A DNA stretch of 64,000 nucleotides from Burkholderiales bacterium (GTDB lineage: Bacteria; Pseudomonadota; Gammaproteobacteria; Burkholderiales; Burkholderiaceae_C). Each line of letters opens with the position of its first letter. The stretch's first letter is position 1. Position numbers and translations under genes: made by a program. This document shows positions 28,035 through 37,497 of the stretch, in pieces. The stretch spans positions 1,078 through 65,077 of the forward strand of contig JAUVYR010000001.1 in NCBI GenBank assembly GCA_030602985.1, given 5' to 3'. Under the pieces are notes generated by a model that saw nothing but the letters and a program-made list of their open reading frames with translations, did no database searches and had not been told where the DNA came from.

Positions 28035-28889
28035 TCAGGTCAACGACTTGAGCTCACCCCGCTGGGCCGCCGCCACCTCGCGGGCATGCTTGCGCGCCGA
28101 GTGCGCCACCCACAAAGCGTAGCTCACGACAATCACCGTCACGGTGAAAATCAGCAAGGTTGCCGCCGCGTAAATGGTGGGGTTGATCCCGCGCCGGGCG
28201 TAACCGTAGATGACCTGTGGCAACGTGCTCACCCCCGGCCCGGATAGGAATTCGGCAATGACCACGTCGTCGAACGACAACGTGAAAGACAGCAGAAAAG
28301 CCGCGAGGATGGCCTGGGAAATGTTGGGCAGCGTGACCAAGAAGAACACCTGGTAGGGTTTGGCCCCCAGATCCATGGCGGCTTCCTCCAGGCTGCGATT
28401 CATGTCCTGCAGGCGGCTCTGGATCACGACCACCGCAAACGCCATGCCGAAAAGGGTATGACCAATGATGATGGTCCCGATCCCCCGACTGGGAAATCCA
28501 AAAAGGTTCTGCGAGCCGACAAACAGCAACAGCAGTGACAGACCGATGATCACCTCTGGCATCACCAACGGTGCGCTGACCATGGCGGAGAACATGGAGC
28601 GCCCCGGAAAGCGGCGGTAACGCACCAGCACAAAGGCGGCAAAAATCGCCAGTGTGGCCGACAGCAAGCCGACGGTGGTAGCCACCTTCAGAGACGTCCA
28701 GAAGCCTTCGATGATACGAATATCATTGAACAATGCCTCATACCAGCGCAGTGAGAAACCGGTGAAGCGTGAGTCCTGTCGGGTGCTGTTGAACGAGAAA
28801 ACGATCATGAACACCAGCGGGAGATACAGGAAGGCGAACACGATCACCAACCAGAACTTGCCCAGGTGTTTTTCGAGGAAACGGATCAT
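28035..28889 (-). CDS. potI: Putrescine/spermidine ABC transporter permease (PotI/PotC type)
   Basis: Six TM segments and the EAA-type loop LEEAAMDLGAKPYQVF. Overlaps the potH-like gene. Confidence 0.85.
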   Translation of the reverse strand: MIRFLEKHLGKFWLVIVFAFLYLPLVFMIVFSFNSTRQDSRFTGFSLRWYEALFNDIRIIEGFWTSLKVATTVGLLSATLAIFAAFVLVRYRRFPGRSMFSAMVSAPLVMPEVIIGLSLLLLFVGSQNLFGFPSRGIGTIIIGHTLFGMAFAVVVIQSRLQDMNRSLEEAAMDLGAKPYQVFFLVTLPNISQAILAAFLLSFTLSFDDVVIAEFLSGPGVSTLPQVIYGYARRGINPTIYAAATLLIFTVTVIVVSYALWVAHSARKHAREVAAAQRGELKSLT

Positions 28890-29803
28890 GAGCGCCCCCT
28901 ATCCTGCTGGTTGCTGGTGTAGTTGTAATAGATGGATAGCGGGATGACGATCAACAGAATCATGACCACCGCTAACGCGGTGGCTCTGGGCCAGTTGTTG
29001 CCTCTGAACATTTCGTCCCAGACCACTCGACCAATCATCTGGTTTTCAGGCCCGCCAAGCAGAGAAGGGATCACGAATTCACCGACCGCCGGAATGAATA
29101 CCAACATGAGCCCGGCAATGATGCCCGCCTTGGAAAGCGGGACGGTAATCAGCCAGAAGGCCTTGAAGGGCGTGGTCCCCAAGTCATAAGCCGCTTCCAG
29201 CAGCCGGTTGTCCATCTTCACCAGGTTGGCGTAGAGCGGCAAAATCATGAACGGCAGGTACACATAGGTCATGCCCACGATCATGGAAATGTCGGTGTAG
29301 ACCATGCGAATGGGCGCATCGGTCAATCCTGTCCACATGAAGAACTGGTTGATGATTCCCCGATCGGTCAGCAGACCACGCCATGCATAGACACGCAGGA
29401 GAAAGGCCGTCCAGAAAGGCAGCATCACCATCAGCAGAAGAACTGGCCGGATGGTTTCAGGCGAGCGCGCAATGAAATACGCAAACGGGTAGCCAATCAA
29501 CAGACAGAGGATGGCCGTGATGGACGCGTAATAGAGCGATCGACCATAGGCCTCTACATAAATGGTTCGGAACCAGGGCGCGCCTTCATGATCGCGAAAA
29601 ATGGACAGGTAGTTTTCGTAACGCAGCTGAAGAGTGCCCGTGTCTGGGTCCCAGAGCGGAAGAAACGGGTGGATGCTGGTACCTTGATCCACAAAGCTGA
29701 TGTACAGCAGGATCAGGAAGGGCAGAAAAAAGAACAGGATCAACCAGAGATATGGCACCGCGATGACCACACCGCGACCTGGCATCGAAACTTTCAAAGA
29801 CAT
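28886..29803 (-). CDS. potH: Putrescine/spermidine ABC transporter permease (PotH/PotB type)
   Basis: TM-rich, with EAA loop LLEAAYDLGTTPFKAF. Confidence 0.85.
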   Translation of the reverse strand: MSLKVSMPGRGVVIAVPYLWLILFFFLPFLILLYISFVDQGTSIHPFLPLWDPDTGTLQLRYENYLSIFRDHEGAPWFRTIYVEAYGRSLYYASITAILCLLIGYPFAYFIARSPETIRPVLLLMVMLPFWTAFLLRVYAWRGLLTDRGIINQFFMWTGLTDAPIRMVYTDISMIVGMTYVYLPFMILPLYANLVKMDNRLLEAAYDLGTTPFKAFWLITVPLSKAGIIAGLMLVFIPAVGEFVIPSLLGGPENQMIGRVVWDEMFRGNNWPRATALAVVMILLIVIPLSIYYNYTSNQQDRGRS

Positions 29804-29836
29804 GCTGCCCCCCTCACGTATGGGTCTGCCGGATGA

Positions 29837-30952
29837 TCAGTCGCGCAGCACGACGCCGGAACTGTCGCGCCACCAGAAATACACCTCATCTTCCCAGGTG
29901 ATGTCCGACAAGTCACGACTGACGGTGTTGGACTCGGTCACCTTGATCTTGCGGCCGTCCTGCGTCTGCACGATGTAGGTGTTGTAGGAGCCGAAATAGG
30001 CGATTTCCTTGACGCGACCCTGGAACAGGTTGTACTGGACGTTCTCAGGGCGTTTCTTGCTGATGGCGATCTTTTCTGGACGAATCGCAACAGCAACAGG
30101 CATATCCAGCGTGCCGCTGATGGCGTGACCCACATGGATTTCGCCGATCGAGGTGGCCACGGCACAGCGATCCACTTCATCCACCGACAGCTTGCCCTCG
30201 AACAGGTTCACGTGCCCGATGAAGTCGGCCACGAAGCGGTTGGCAGGGTATTCGTAAACCTCCTCCGGCGTACCCACCTGCAACACCCGGCCCTTGCTCA
30301 TGACCGCGATGCGGTTGGCCATGGTCATTGCCTCTTCCTGGTCGTGGGTCACCATGACACAGGTCACGCCCACTTTTTCGATGATATTTACCAGTTCGAA
30401 TTGGGTTTGTTCGCGGAGCTTCTTGTCGAGCGCCCCCAAGGGTTCGTCCAGCAAGAGCAGCTTGGGCCGCTTGGCCAGGCTGCGCGCCAGCGCCACGCGC
30501 TGCTGCTGCCCCCCCGACAACTGGTGCGGTTTACGCTTGGCATAAGCCCCCAGCTGCACCAGGTTCAGCATCTCGTCGGTGCGTTGCTGCACCTCGGCCT
30601 TGGGCAGGCCCTCGCGCTTGAGGCCAAAGGCCACGTTTTCCCAGATGGTCAAATGCGGGAACAGCGCATAGCTCTGGAACATCATGTTCACTGGCCGCAC
30701 ATAAGGCGGCATGTTGACGACGTCCTGCCCCCCCAGGAGGATGCGCCCCGCTGTCGGGGTTTCGAAGCCCGCCAGCATCCGCAACAAAGTGGATTTGCCA
30801 CAACCCGAACTGCCCAGCAAGGCGAAGATTTCGCCTTTTTTGATGGACAGGGACACTTCATCGACCGCCACCATGTCGTCGAACTGCTTGACGAGGTTTT
30901 CGGTGACCAGATAGCCTTCGCCCTGGGGGGCGGTTGCCAGAGACTGCGCCAT
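29837..30952 (-). CDS. potG: Putrescine/spermidine ABC transporter ATP-binding protein (PotG/PotA type)
   Basis: GSSGCGKST, LSGGQQQRVALARSL, LLLDEP, and a C-terminal TOBE-like domain. Confidence 0.92.
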   Translation of the reverse strand: MAQSLATAPQGEGYLVTENLVKQFDDMVAVDEVSLSIKKGEIFALLGSSGCGKSTLLRMLAGFETPTAGRILLGGQDVVNMPPYVRPVNMMFQSYALFPHLTIWENVAFGLKREGLPKAEVQQRTDEMLNLVQLGAYAKRKPHQLSGGQQQRVALARSLAKRPKLLLLDEPLGALDKKLREQTQFELVNIIEKVGVTCVMVTHDQEEAMTMANRIAVMSKGRVLQVGTPEEVYEYPANRFVADFIGHVNLFEGKLSVDEVDRCAVATSIGEIHVGHAISGTLDMPVAVAIRPEKIAISKKRPENVQYNLFQGRVKEIAYFGSYNTYIVQTQDGRKIKVTESNTVSRDLSDITWEDEVYFWWRDSSGVVLRD

Positions 30953-30992
30953 GAAGGCTCCCTCCTACTGACTCGATTGAGAGCTTATCCAG

Positions 30993-31022
30993 GAAAAAAA
31001 AGGGGCTGGCTACACCAGCCCC
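30993..31022 (-). terminator. Intra-operon rho-independent terminator/attenuator after potF
   Basis: On the minus strand, GGGGCTGG-tgtag-CCAGCCCC is followed by a T run of at least 8. Confidence 0.75.
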
Positions 31023-31046
31023 TCAGAGAACGGCAAACAAAGAGAC

Positions 31047-32177
31047 TCAATTGCCACGCTTGAAGGCGTTGAAGACTTCGTTGAGCACACCCGCCACTTC
31101 CAGAGGGAAGTCACCAGATGGCACCAGGCGAGCCATGTCTTCATCATTGAGGAAAATCGTGTTGTTTTCCTTGATCTCGGGGTTGATCAGCGGCAAGGCA
31201 GCTTTGTTACCTGTGGGGTAATTCATCTCGTTGGCCATGGCCGCGCCGTTTTCAGGGCGCAGGAAGAAATCGATGAACAGGTGAGCGGCCTCGACGTTGC
31301 GGGCATCCGTAGGAATGGCCATCACGTCGGCAAAAAAGATTCCGCCAGTGCTGGGCAGCAGCGGCACGATTTCGTCAGAGCTGCCCAGTTCACTGACACG
31401 ATCAGCAGCGATGTTGATGTCGCCAGACCAGCCAACGAAGGCACATCCGACACCGCTGACCATGTCATCAATCATGTTGTTGGAAAACAGCCGGATGTTG
31501 GGACGGATCTGCGCCAGCATCTGACCGGCGGCACGTAGGTCATCCGGGTTGCCGCTGTAGGGGTCGAGTCCCAGATAGTGGAGCGCAGCAGGCATGATCT
31601 CGGCGGGAGAATCGAGAACGATGATGCCGCAACCACGCAGACGGTTGGAAAACTCGGGGTTGAACACCAGCTCCCAGGAGTTGGCGGGCAGCTCGGACGT
31701 CCCGAGAGCAGCTTCCACTTTCTGGCGGTTGATACCGACCGTGGTGAAGCCCCAGCCCCAGGGCACGTAGTGGCGGTTGCCCTCGTCAATAGACGCCAGC
31801 TTCTGCATGAAGGTCGGGTCCAGGTTCACCAGATTGGGGATGCGGCTTTTGTCGAGCGGCTGGAACAGACCGGCATTGAGCTGACGCTGGGAGAAGCCGA
31901 CAGTGGGCACCACGATGTCATAACCCGAGTTACCGGCCACCAGGCGGGCATGCAGGGTTTCATTGCTTTCGAACGTGTCGTAGTTGACGCGAATCCCCGT
32001 TTCGCGCTCGAAGGCGGCAATCATGCCGTCGGGAATGTAGTCATCCCAATTGAAGATGTTCAGGACGCGCTGGCTGGACGCCGCTGGCGCTGCGGCCGTG
32101 GCAGCTGGCTCGTCTTTTTTGCCACAGGCCACCAGGAAGGCAGCAGCGACCGCTGCTGTCAGGAGAGATTTCATCAT
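31047..32177 (-). CDS. potF: Putrescine-binding periplasmic protein (PotF type), lipoprotein-like signal
   Basis: MKSLLTAAVAAAFLVACG lipobox, LNIFNWDDYIP, GYDIVVPT. Confidence 0.9.
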   Translation of the reverse strand: MMKSLLTAAVAAAFLVACGKKDEPAATAAAPAASSQRVLNIFNWDDYIPDGMIAAFERETGIRVNYDTFESNETLHARLVAGNSGYDIVVPTVGFSQRQLNAGLFQPLDKSRIPNLVNLDPTFMQKLASIDEGNRHYVPWGWGFTTVGINRQKVEAALGTSELPANSWELVFNPEFSNRLRGCGIIVLDSPAEIMPAALHYLGLDPYSGNPDDLRAAGQMLAQIRPNIRLFSNNMIDDMVSGVGCAFVGWSGDINIAADRVSELGSSDEIVPLLPSTGGIFFADVMAIPTDARNVEAAHLFIDFFLRPENGAAMANEMNYPTGNKAALPLINPEIKENNTIFLNDEDMARLVPSGDFPLEVAGVLNEVFNAFKRGN

Positions 32178-32267
32178 GTTCTAGCTCCAGAAAAGTGTTC
32201 CTATCCAAGAATCGGAAAAGCCTGATTTAAGCAATTTCCGCACCCAGCGTGATTCTAGTCACCGTTT

Positions 32268-33677
32268 TCAGAATTTCCCCTGCGATCGAAGTTCCTCGAG
32301 CGTCAAATCGAGCGCTTTTCGTATCAGGACCGACATTTCGTCGATCTGCGCGCGCGTCATGATCAGAGGTGGCGCAATGATCATGCGATCGCCGACCGCA
32401 CGCATCACCAGACCATTACCGAAACAGTGCGAGCGACACATCATACCCACCGCCCATTCCTCGGGAAAGGCTTGGCGGGTGGCTTTGTCCTGCACCAAAA
32501 CGAGGCCTGCCACAAAACCGCAGGTTTCGGCATCGCCCACCAACGGGTGGTCTTTGAGCTGTTCGAACACCTCGGCCAGGTAGGGGCCGATGTCATCCCG
32601 CACGCGGCCAGGCAAGTTCTCGCGGGCCATGAGGTCGATGTTGGCCAGGGCCACCGCACAGGCGACGGGGTGGCCACTGTAGGTGTAGCCGTGGTTGAAC
32701 TCGCCGCCCTGCTCGATGAGTACCTGCGCCACGCGATCACCCACGAGCACGCCGCCCAGAGGGATGTAGCCGCTGGTCACCGCCTTGGCGAATGTGACCA
32801 GGTCCGGCTTGATGCCGAACTTTTCGTAGGCAAACCAGTGGCCGAGGCGACCGAAGGCACAGATCACCTCATCGGCGATCAGGAGAACGCCGTACTTATC
32901 CACGATGCGCTGCACCTCGGGCCAGTACGTGGCAGGCGGGATGATGACGCCACCCGCCCCTTGCACCGGCTCGGCGATGAAAGCGGCCACCCGATCGGGG
33001 CCAATCTCCAGGATTTTTTCCTCCAGCCAGCGGGCGGCACGCAGACCGAAATCGTCTTTGCTCTCGCCGGCTTCCGCCAGCTCGTAGTAGTAAGGCTGCT
33101 GGATGTGGGTGATGTTGGGAATGGGCAGGTCGCCCTGGGCGTGCATGCCACTCATCCCGCCCAGTGACGCGCCGGCCATGGTAGAGCCGTGATAGGCATT
33201 GAGACGGCTGATGATGACCTTGCGCTGGGGCTGGCCCATCAGGTCCCAGTAGCGGCGAGCCATGCGCACGTTGGTATCGTTGCTCTCGGAACCGCTGGAG
33301 CTGAAGAACACATGCTGGAAACGCCGCCCATCCACCGGGGGGGCCAGCTCGGCCAGACGAGCAGCCAGGCGCACCGCAGGCTCGTTGGTGGTCTGGAAAA
33401 AGCTGTTATAGAACGGCAGCTTCATCATCTGGGCATGGGCGGCGTCGGCCAGCTCCTTGCGGCCATAACCGGCGTTGACGCACCAGAGCCCGCTCATGGC
33501 ATCCAGAATCTTCTTGCCCTCGCTGTCCCAGACATAAATGTTTTCCGCATGGGTGATGACACGCGCTCCCTTGGCAGACAGGCCTTTGTGGTCGGTGAAG
33601 GGATGGAGAAAGTGGGCGCTGTCCAGCGCCTGCAGTTCAGCGGTACTGAGGGTATGGGGGTTCACAGGGGCGTTCAT
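32268..33677 (-). CDS. spuC: Putrescine--pyruvate aminotransferase (class III aminotransferase)
   Basis: HFLHPFTDHKGLSAKGARVITHAENIYVWDSEGKKILDAMSGLWCVNAGYG and DLVTFAKAVTSGY (PLP Lys). Confidence 0.85.
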   Translation of the reverse strand: MNAPVNPHTLSTAELQALDSAHFLHPFTDHKGLSAKGARVITHAENIYVWDSEGKKILDAMSGLWCVNAGYGRKELADAAHAQMMKLPFYNSFFQTTNEPAVRLAARLAELAPPVDGRRFQHVFFSSSGSESNDTNVRMARRYWDLMGQPQRKVIISRLNAYHGSTMAGASLGGMSGMHAQGDLPIPNITHIQQPYYYELAEAGESKDDFGLRAARWLEEKILEIGPDRVAAFIAEPVQGAGGVIIPPATYWPEVQRIVDKYGVLLIADEVICAFGRLGHWFAYEKFGIKPDLVTFAKAVTSGYIPLGGVLVGDRVAQVLIEQGGEFNHGYTYSGHPVACAVALANIDLMARENLPGRVRDDIGPYLAEVFEQLKDHPLVGDAETCGFVAGLVLVQDKATRQAFPEEWAVGMMCRSHCFGNGLVMRAVGDRMIIAPPLIMTRAQIDEMSVLIRKALDLTLEELRSQGKF

Positions 33678-33701
33678 GGGGACTCCAGAGAAGTGGGGGG
33701 G

Positions 33702-35069
33702 TCAGACGTGCAGCAGCAGGTGCTCACGTTCCCAGGGTGAAATCACTTTCATGAACTCGGCGAACTCGAGTTCCTTGATTTCGGTGTAAACCGTGATGAA
33801 TTCGTGACCGAGGACCTCGTGCAGGTCGGAGTCGCGGCGCAACCAGTCCAGCGCTTCGCCCAGGCTGCGAGGCAAGGCATAAGGCGACAGGTAGGCGTCG
33901 CCTTTCATTTCCGGCTTGGGCTTGATCTGGTTTTTCATGCCCACGTAGCCACAAGCCAGTGTCATGGCCATCGCCAGGTAGGGGTTGGCATCCGCCCCGA
34001 TCACGCGGTTTTCCACGCGACGCGCTTCAGGTGAGGAAATGGGCGAACGGATGCCGACTGTCCGGTTGTCGTAACCCCATTCGATGTTGATGGGCGCAGC
34101 GGTGTACCGCGACAGGCGGCGGTAGCTGTTGACATAGGGCGCCACCAGTGCCATGGCCGACGGCACGTGCTTCTGCAAGCCACCAATGTAGTGAAAGAAC
34201 GCCTCCGACGGCGAGCCGTCCGGGTTGCTGAAGATGTTGCGCCCATCGGCCTTGCTGACGATGCTCTGGTGCATGTGCATGGCGCTGCCCGGCTCTCCGG
34301 CGATGGGCTTGGCCATGAAAGTGGCATACATGTCGTGGCGCAGAGCGGCCTCACGCACGGTGCGCTTGAAGAAGAAAACCTCATCAGCCAGCCCAAGCGG
34401 ATGGTCGTGAAAAAAGTTGATCTCCATCTGGCCGGCACCGATTTCGTGGATCAGCGTGTCCACGTTCAACCCCATCTGGTGAGAGTATTCGTAAATGTCT
34501 TCGAACAGCGGGTCGAACTCGTTGACCGCGTCGATGCTGTAGGCCTGACGCGAGGTTTCGGCCCGGCCGCTGCGACCCACCGGCGGGCGCAGCGGGGTAT
34601 TGGAGTCGGTGTTGCGGGCGGTGAGGTAGAACTCCAGTTCGGGCGCGATGACTGGGTCCCAACCCTCGGCGGCGTACAGGTCGCAGACCCGGCGCAAGAC
34701 GCTGCGCGGGGCATAAGGGACGAGCTGGCCTTTGGAGTCGAAACAGTCATGGATGACCTGGGCGGTCGGATCGCTGGCCCATGGGACGATGCGCACGGTG
34801 GACGGATCTGGGCGCAGCTGCATGTCGCGGTCCGTGGGCTCGATCACGTCGTAATACGGGCCGCTGGGCGGCTGCTCGCCGGTCACACTCATGGCCACGA
34901 TGGCATGGGGCAGGCGCATCCCCCGGTCTTCGGTGAACTTTTCGCGGGGCAGGATCTTGCCGCGCGCCACGCCGGTCAGGTCAGGGACCAGGCATTCGAC
35001 CTCGGTGACGCGACGCTCGTTGAGCCAGCGTTCGAGTTCATTGAAAGAGTGGGGAGTGCTGTGTTGCAT
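33702..35069 (-). CDS. puuA: Gamma-glutamylputrescine synthetase (glutamine synthetase family)
   Basis: GS type III-like catalytic domain (EIGAGQMEINF, GSAMHMHQS, NRTVGIRSP). Adjacent to a PuuD-type amidase. Confidence 0.8.
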   Translation of the reverse strand: MQHSTPHSFNELERWLNERRVTEVECLVPDLTGVARGKILPREKFTEDRGMRLPHAIVAMSVTGEQPPSGPYYDVIEPTDRDMQLRPDPSTVRIVPWASDPTAQVIHDCFDSKGQLVPYAPRSVLRRVCDLYAAEGWDPVIAPELEFYLTARNTDSNTPLRPPVGRSGRAETSRQAYSIDAVNEFDPLFEDIYEYSHQMGLNVDTLIHEIGAGQMEINFFHDHPLGLADEVFFFKRTVREAALRHDMYATFMAKPIAGEPGSAMHMHQSIVSKADGRNIFSNPDGSPSEAFFHYIGGLQKHVPSAMALVAPYVNSYRRLSRYTAAPINIEWGYDNRTVGIRSPISSPEARRVENRVIGADANPYLAMAMTLACGYVGMKNQIKPKPEMKGDAYLSPYALPRSLGEALDWLRRDSDLHEVLGHEFITVYTEIKELEFAEFMKVISPWEREHLLLHV

Positions 35070-35123
35070 GGTGGGGCTGTTGAAAAGTCAGGTGAACATC
35101 ATCGCAGGATCGGGACGATGGGT

Positions 35124-35933
35124 TCAAGGCTTTTCAGGGGACGATGCAAACGCACGGCCTTCCTGCAAGCGGGCTTGCCGCCGAGTGCGGACGGCATCAC
35201 CAAAGGCGCGGAAGATGGCGGAATAGAACGGGTTTTCCCAGCAACGCCATTCAGGGTGCCACTGCACGGCATAAGCAAAGGCCTTCGCGCCGACCACCTC
35301 GAAGGCTTCGACCAAGCCATCGGGCGCATGGGCCAGCGCTCGCAAGCCGGGCGCCAGACGGCCGATGCCCTGACCATGCAGGGAGTTGACGCGGGCCTCG
35401 GGTCCTTGGGCCCATTGTTCAAACACGCTACCGGGCTCGAAACGAACCGGATGACTGGGGGCGTATTGCTGATCGATGGTGCCTTCGGGTTCCCGATGGT
35501 CCATCAGGCCATCGACCGCATGCACGGTCTGGTGCAGGCTGCCGCCCATGGCCACATTGATTTCTTGGAATCCGCGGCAAATCCCGAGCAGGGGCACGCC
35601 TTCGGCCACACAAGCCTTGACCAGCGCCAACGTCAGGGAATCGCGCTCCGGGTCCAGTGGCAGACTGGGGTCGTGCACTTCTTCATTGAAATGCGACGGA
35701 TGGACGTTCGATGGCGAGCCGGTGAGCATGACGCCGTCCACGAGGTCCAGCAGCTGGGGCACTTGGGCCGCATCGGCCAGGGGAAACATGACAGGCTGCG
35801 AGTGAGCGCCCACTTTGACGGCTCGCGCATATTTGTCACCCAGCACCAGGTAGGGCATGGAATGATCGCCCAGCAGGCGATGGTCGGCGGGCAGCCAGAC
35901 CATGGGGGGATGAGAAAAAGTGTCTTTATTCAT
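35124..35933 (-). CDS. puuD: Gamma-glutamyl-gamma-aminobutyrate hydrolase (peptidase C26, class I amidotransferase)
   Basis: LLGICRGFQEINVAMGGSL (nucleophile Cys) and VQWHPEW. Confidence 0.85.
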   Translation of the reverse strand: MNKDTFSHPPMVWLPADHRLLGDHSMPYLVLGDKYARAVKVGAHSQPVMFPLADAAQVPQLLDLVDGVMLTGSPSNVHPSHFNEEVHDPSLPLDPERDSLTLALVKACVAEGVPLLGICRGFQEINVAMGGSLHQTVHAVDGLMDHREPEGTIDQQYAPSHPVRFEPGSVFEQWAQGPEARVNSLHGQGIGRLAPGLRALAHAPDGLVEAFEVVGAKAFAYAVQWHPEWRCWENPFYSAIFRAFGDAVRTRRQARLQEGRAFASSPEKP

Positions 35934-35973
35934 GGTGTGATTTCATTGTGAGCCGTAAATTGGATGACAATGA

Positions 35974-36004
35974 GTGCCATTAGATGCCACATTACGGTGC
36001 CATT
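35974..36004. promoter_or_regulatory. Direct repeats GTGCCATT (x2, 23 bp apart) in the puuD / MocR divergent region
   Basis: GTGCCATT at 35974-35981 and 35997-36004, with the related ATGCCACATT in between. Possible MocR/GabR-type operator. Confidence 0.25.
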
Positions 36005-36018
36005 TGGCCCCATTGCCC

Positions 36019-37497
36019 ATGCTGTCCGAATACCTGTTGGCCGAAATTCACCGGTCTGAAGCCACCACCGGTTTGCCCTTGCACCGGCGACTCTATGAAG
36101 TCATGCGCCGGGCCATTCTGGAGGGCAAGCTCTCGGCTGGTGATCGACTGCCATCCAGCCGCGACCTCGCCCAGGACCTTGGCCTGTCACGCAACACGGT
36201 GGTCGCGGCCCTGAGTCAGCTGACGGTGGAAGGGTATCTGATCAGCCATGTCGGCAGCGGCACCTATGTGCATGACCAGGTGCCACTGGCCCGAAGCGCG
36301 CCCAAGCCGCTGCGCGGCTCTCATGCGTCGAGCCGTTTGTCGACACGGGGTCAGGCGCTGGCCCATGCCTACAGCGCCACCGAACTGGAAATCCAGCCCT
36401 TCACGCCAGGTACTGCCGATTTCAGCGCGTTTCCGGTGGCCTTGTGGCAGCGATTGCAGAACAAGCACTGGCGGCAAGCTGGCCCAAGCATGCTCGACTA
36501 CAACGACTCGGGCGGGTACGGGCCGCTGCGGCGTGCGGTGGCCGATTACCTGCGCATCTTTCGCAGCGTGCCGCTCGATGCCGATCAGGTGCTGGTCACC
36601 AGTGGCACCCAGCAATCGCTGGAGCTGTGCGCCCATCTGCTGGCCGACCACAACGACACCGTCTGGGTCGAGGACCCCGCCTACTGGGGCGCAGTGAAAG
36701 CCTTTTCAGCCGCTGGTCTGCACATGCATCCGGTGCGGGTGGACGCCGATGGCATGGCCCCGACGCCCGAGGATGAAAACCACAGCCCGCGCCTCATCTA
36801 TGTGACCCCATCCCACCAGTATCCGACGGGCGCGGTGATGTCGCTGGCGCGCCGGCAGCAACTGCTCAGCACGGCCACGCGCTGCCAGGCCTGGATCCTG
36901 GAAGACGACTACGACAGCGAATTCCGCTTCACCGGCCCGCCGCTTTCCTCACTTTGCGGGCTGGACAAAACGGAGCGGGTGATTTACCTGGGCACTTTCT
37001 CGAAAGTGCTGTACCCAGGACTCAAACTCGGCTATCTGGTGGTCCCCAAAGGTATGGCCGCGGACTTCCGTCGCGCCCATTACGACCTGAACCGCCCCGG
37101 CCAGATGCCCTTGCAGGCCGCCCTGGCCGAATTCATCGAGATGGGGCACTTCGCATCGTCGCTGCGGCGCGCCCGCCAGACCTACGCGGAACGGCGTCAG
37201 GCCCTGCTGGACCATCTGGCTCCCTTGCTGAAGACTGGTGAAGCGCGCATCGATGGCGCGGCCCAGGGCCTGCACCTGACCGTACACCTGCCGCCGCATG
37301 TGAACGACCGGGGGCTGGCGCAACGCCTGGCCCAGGAAGGGCTGACCGTGCGGCCCTTGTCGGCCTACTGCCTGCAGCGGGACGACATCCGAGGCCTGGC
37401 GGTGGGATATGGCTATGCGTCGCTGGCCTCCATCCAGCGCCACGGCGGCGTACTGCGTGAACGTATCGCCCAGGCGCTCAGCCCAGCGCGTCCTTGA
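36019..37497 (+). CDS. MocR/GabR-type regulator (GntR HTH fused to PLP aminotransferase-like domain)
   Basis: N-terminal wHTH (LPSSRDLAQDLGLSRNTVVAALSQL), then a fold-type I domain (YLGTFSKVLYPGLKLGYLV). Start at ATG 36019. Confidence 0.88.
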   Translation: MLSEYLLAEIHRSEATTGLPLHRRLYEVMRRAILEGKLSAGDRLPSSRDLAQDLGLSRNTVVAALSQLTVEGYLISHVGSGTYVHDQVPLARSAPKPLRGSHASSRLSTRGQALAHAYSATELEIQPFTPGTADFSAFPVALWQRLQNKHWRQAGPSMLDYNDSGGYGPLRRAVADYLRIFRSVPLDADQVLVTSGTQQSLELCAHLLADHNDTVWVEDPAYWGAVKAFSAAGLHMHPVRVDADGMAPTPEDENHSPRLIYVTPSHQYPTGAVMSLARRQQLLSTATRCQAWILEDDYDSEFRFTGPPLSSLCGLDKTERVIYLGTFSKVLYPGLKLGYLVVPKGMAADFRRAHYDLNRPGQMPLQAALAEFIEMGHFASSLRRARQTYAERRQALLDHLAPLLKTGEARIDGAAQGLHLTVHLPPHVNDRGLAQRLAQEGLTVRPLSAYCLQRDDIRGLAVGYGYASLASIQRHGGVLRERIAQALSPARP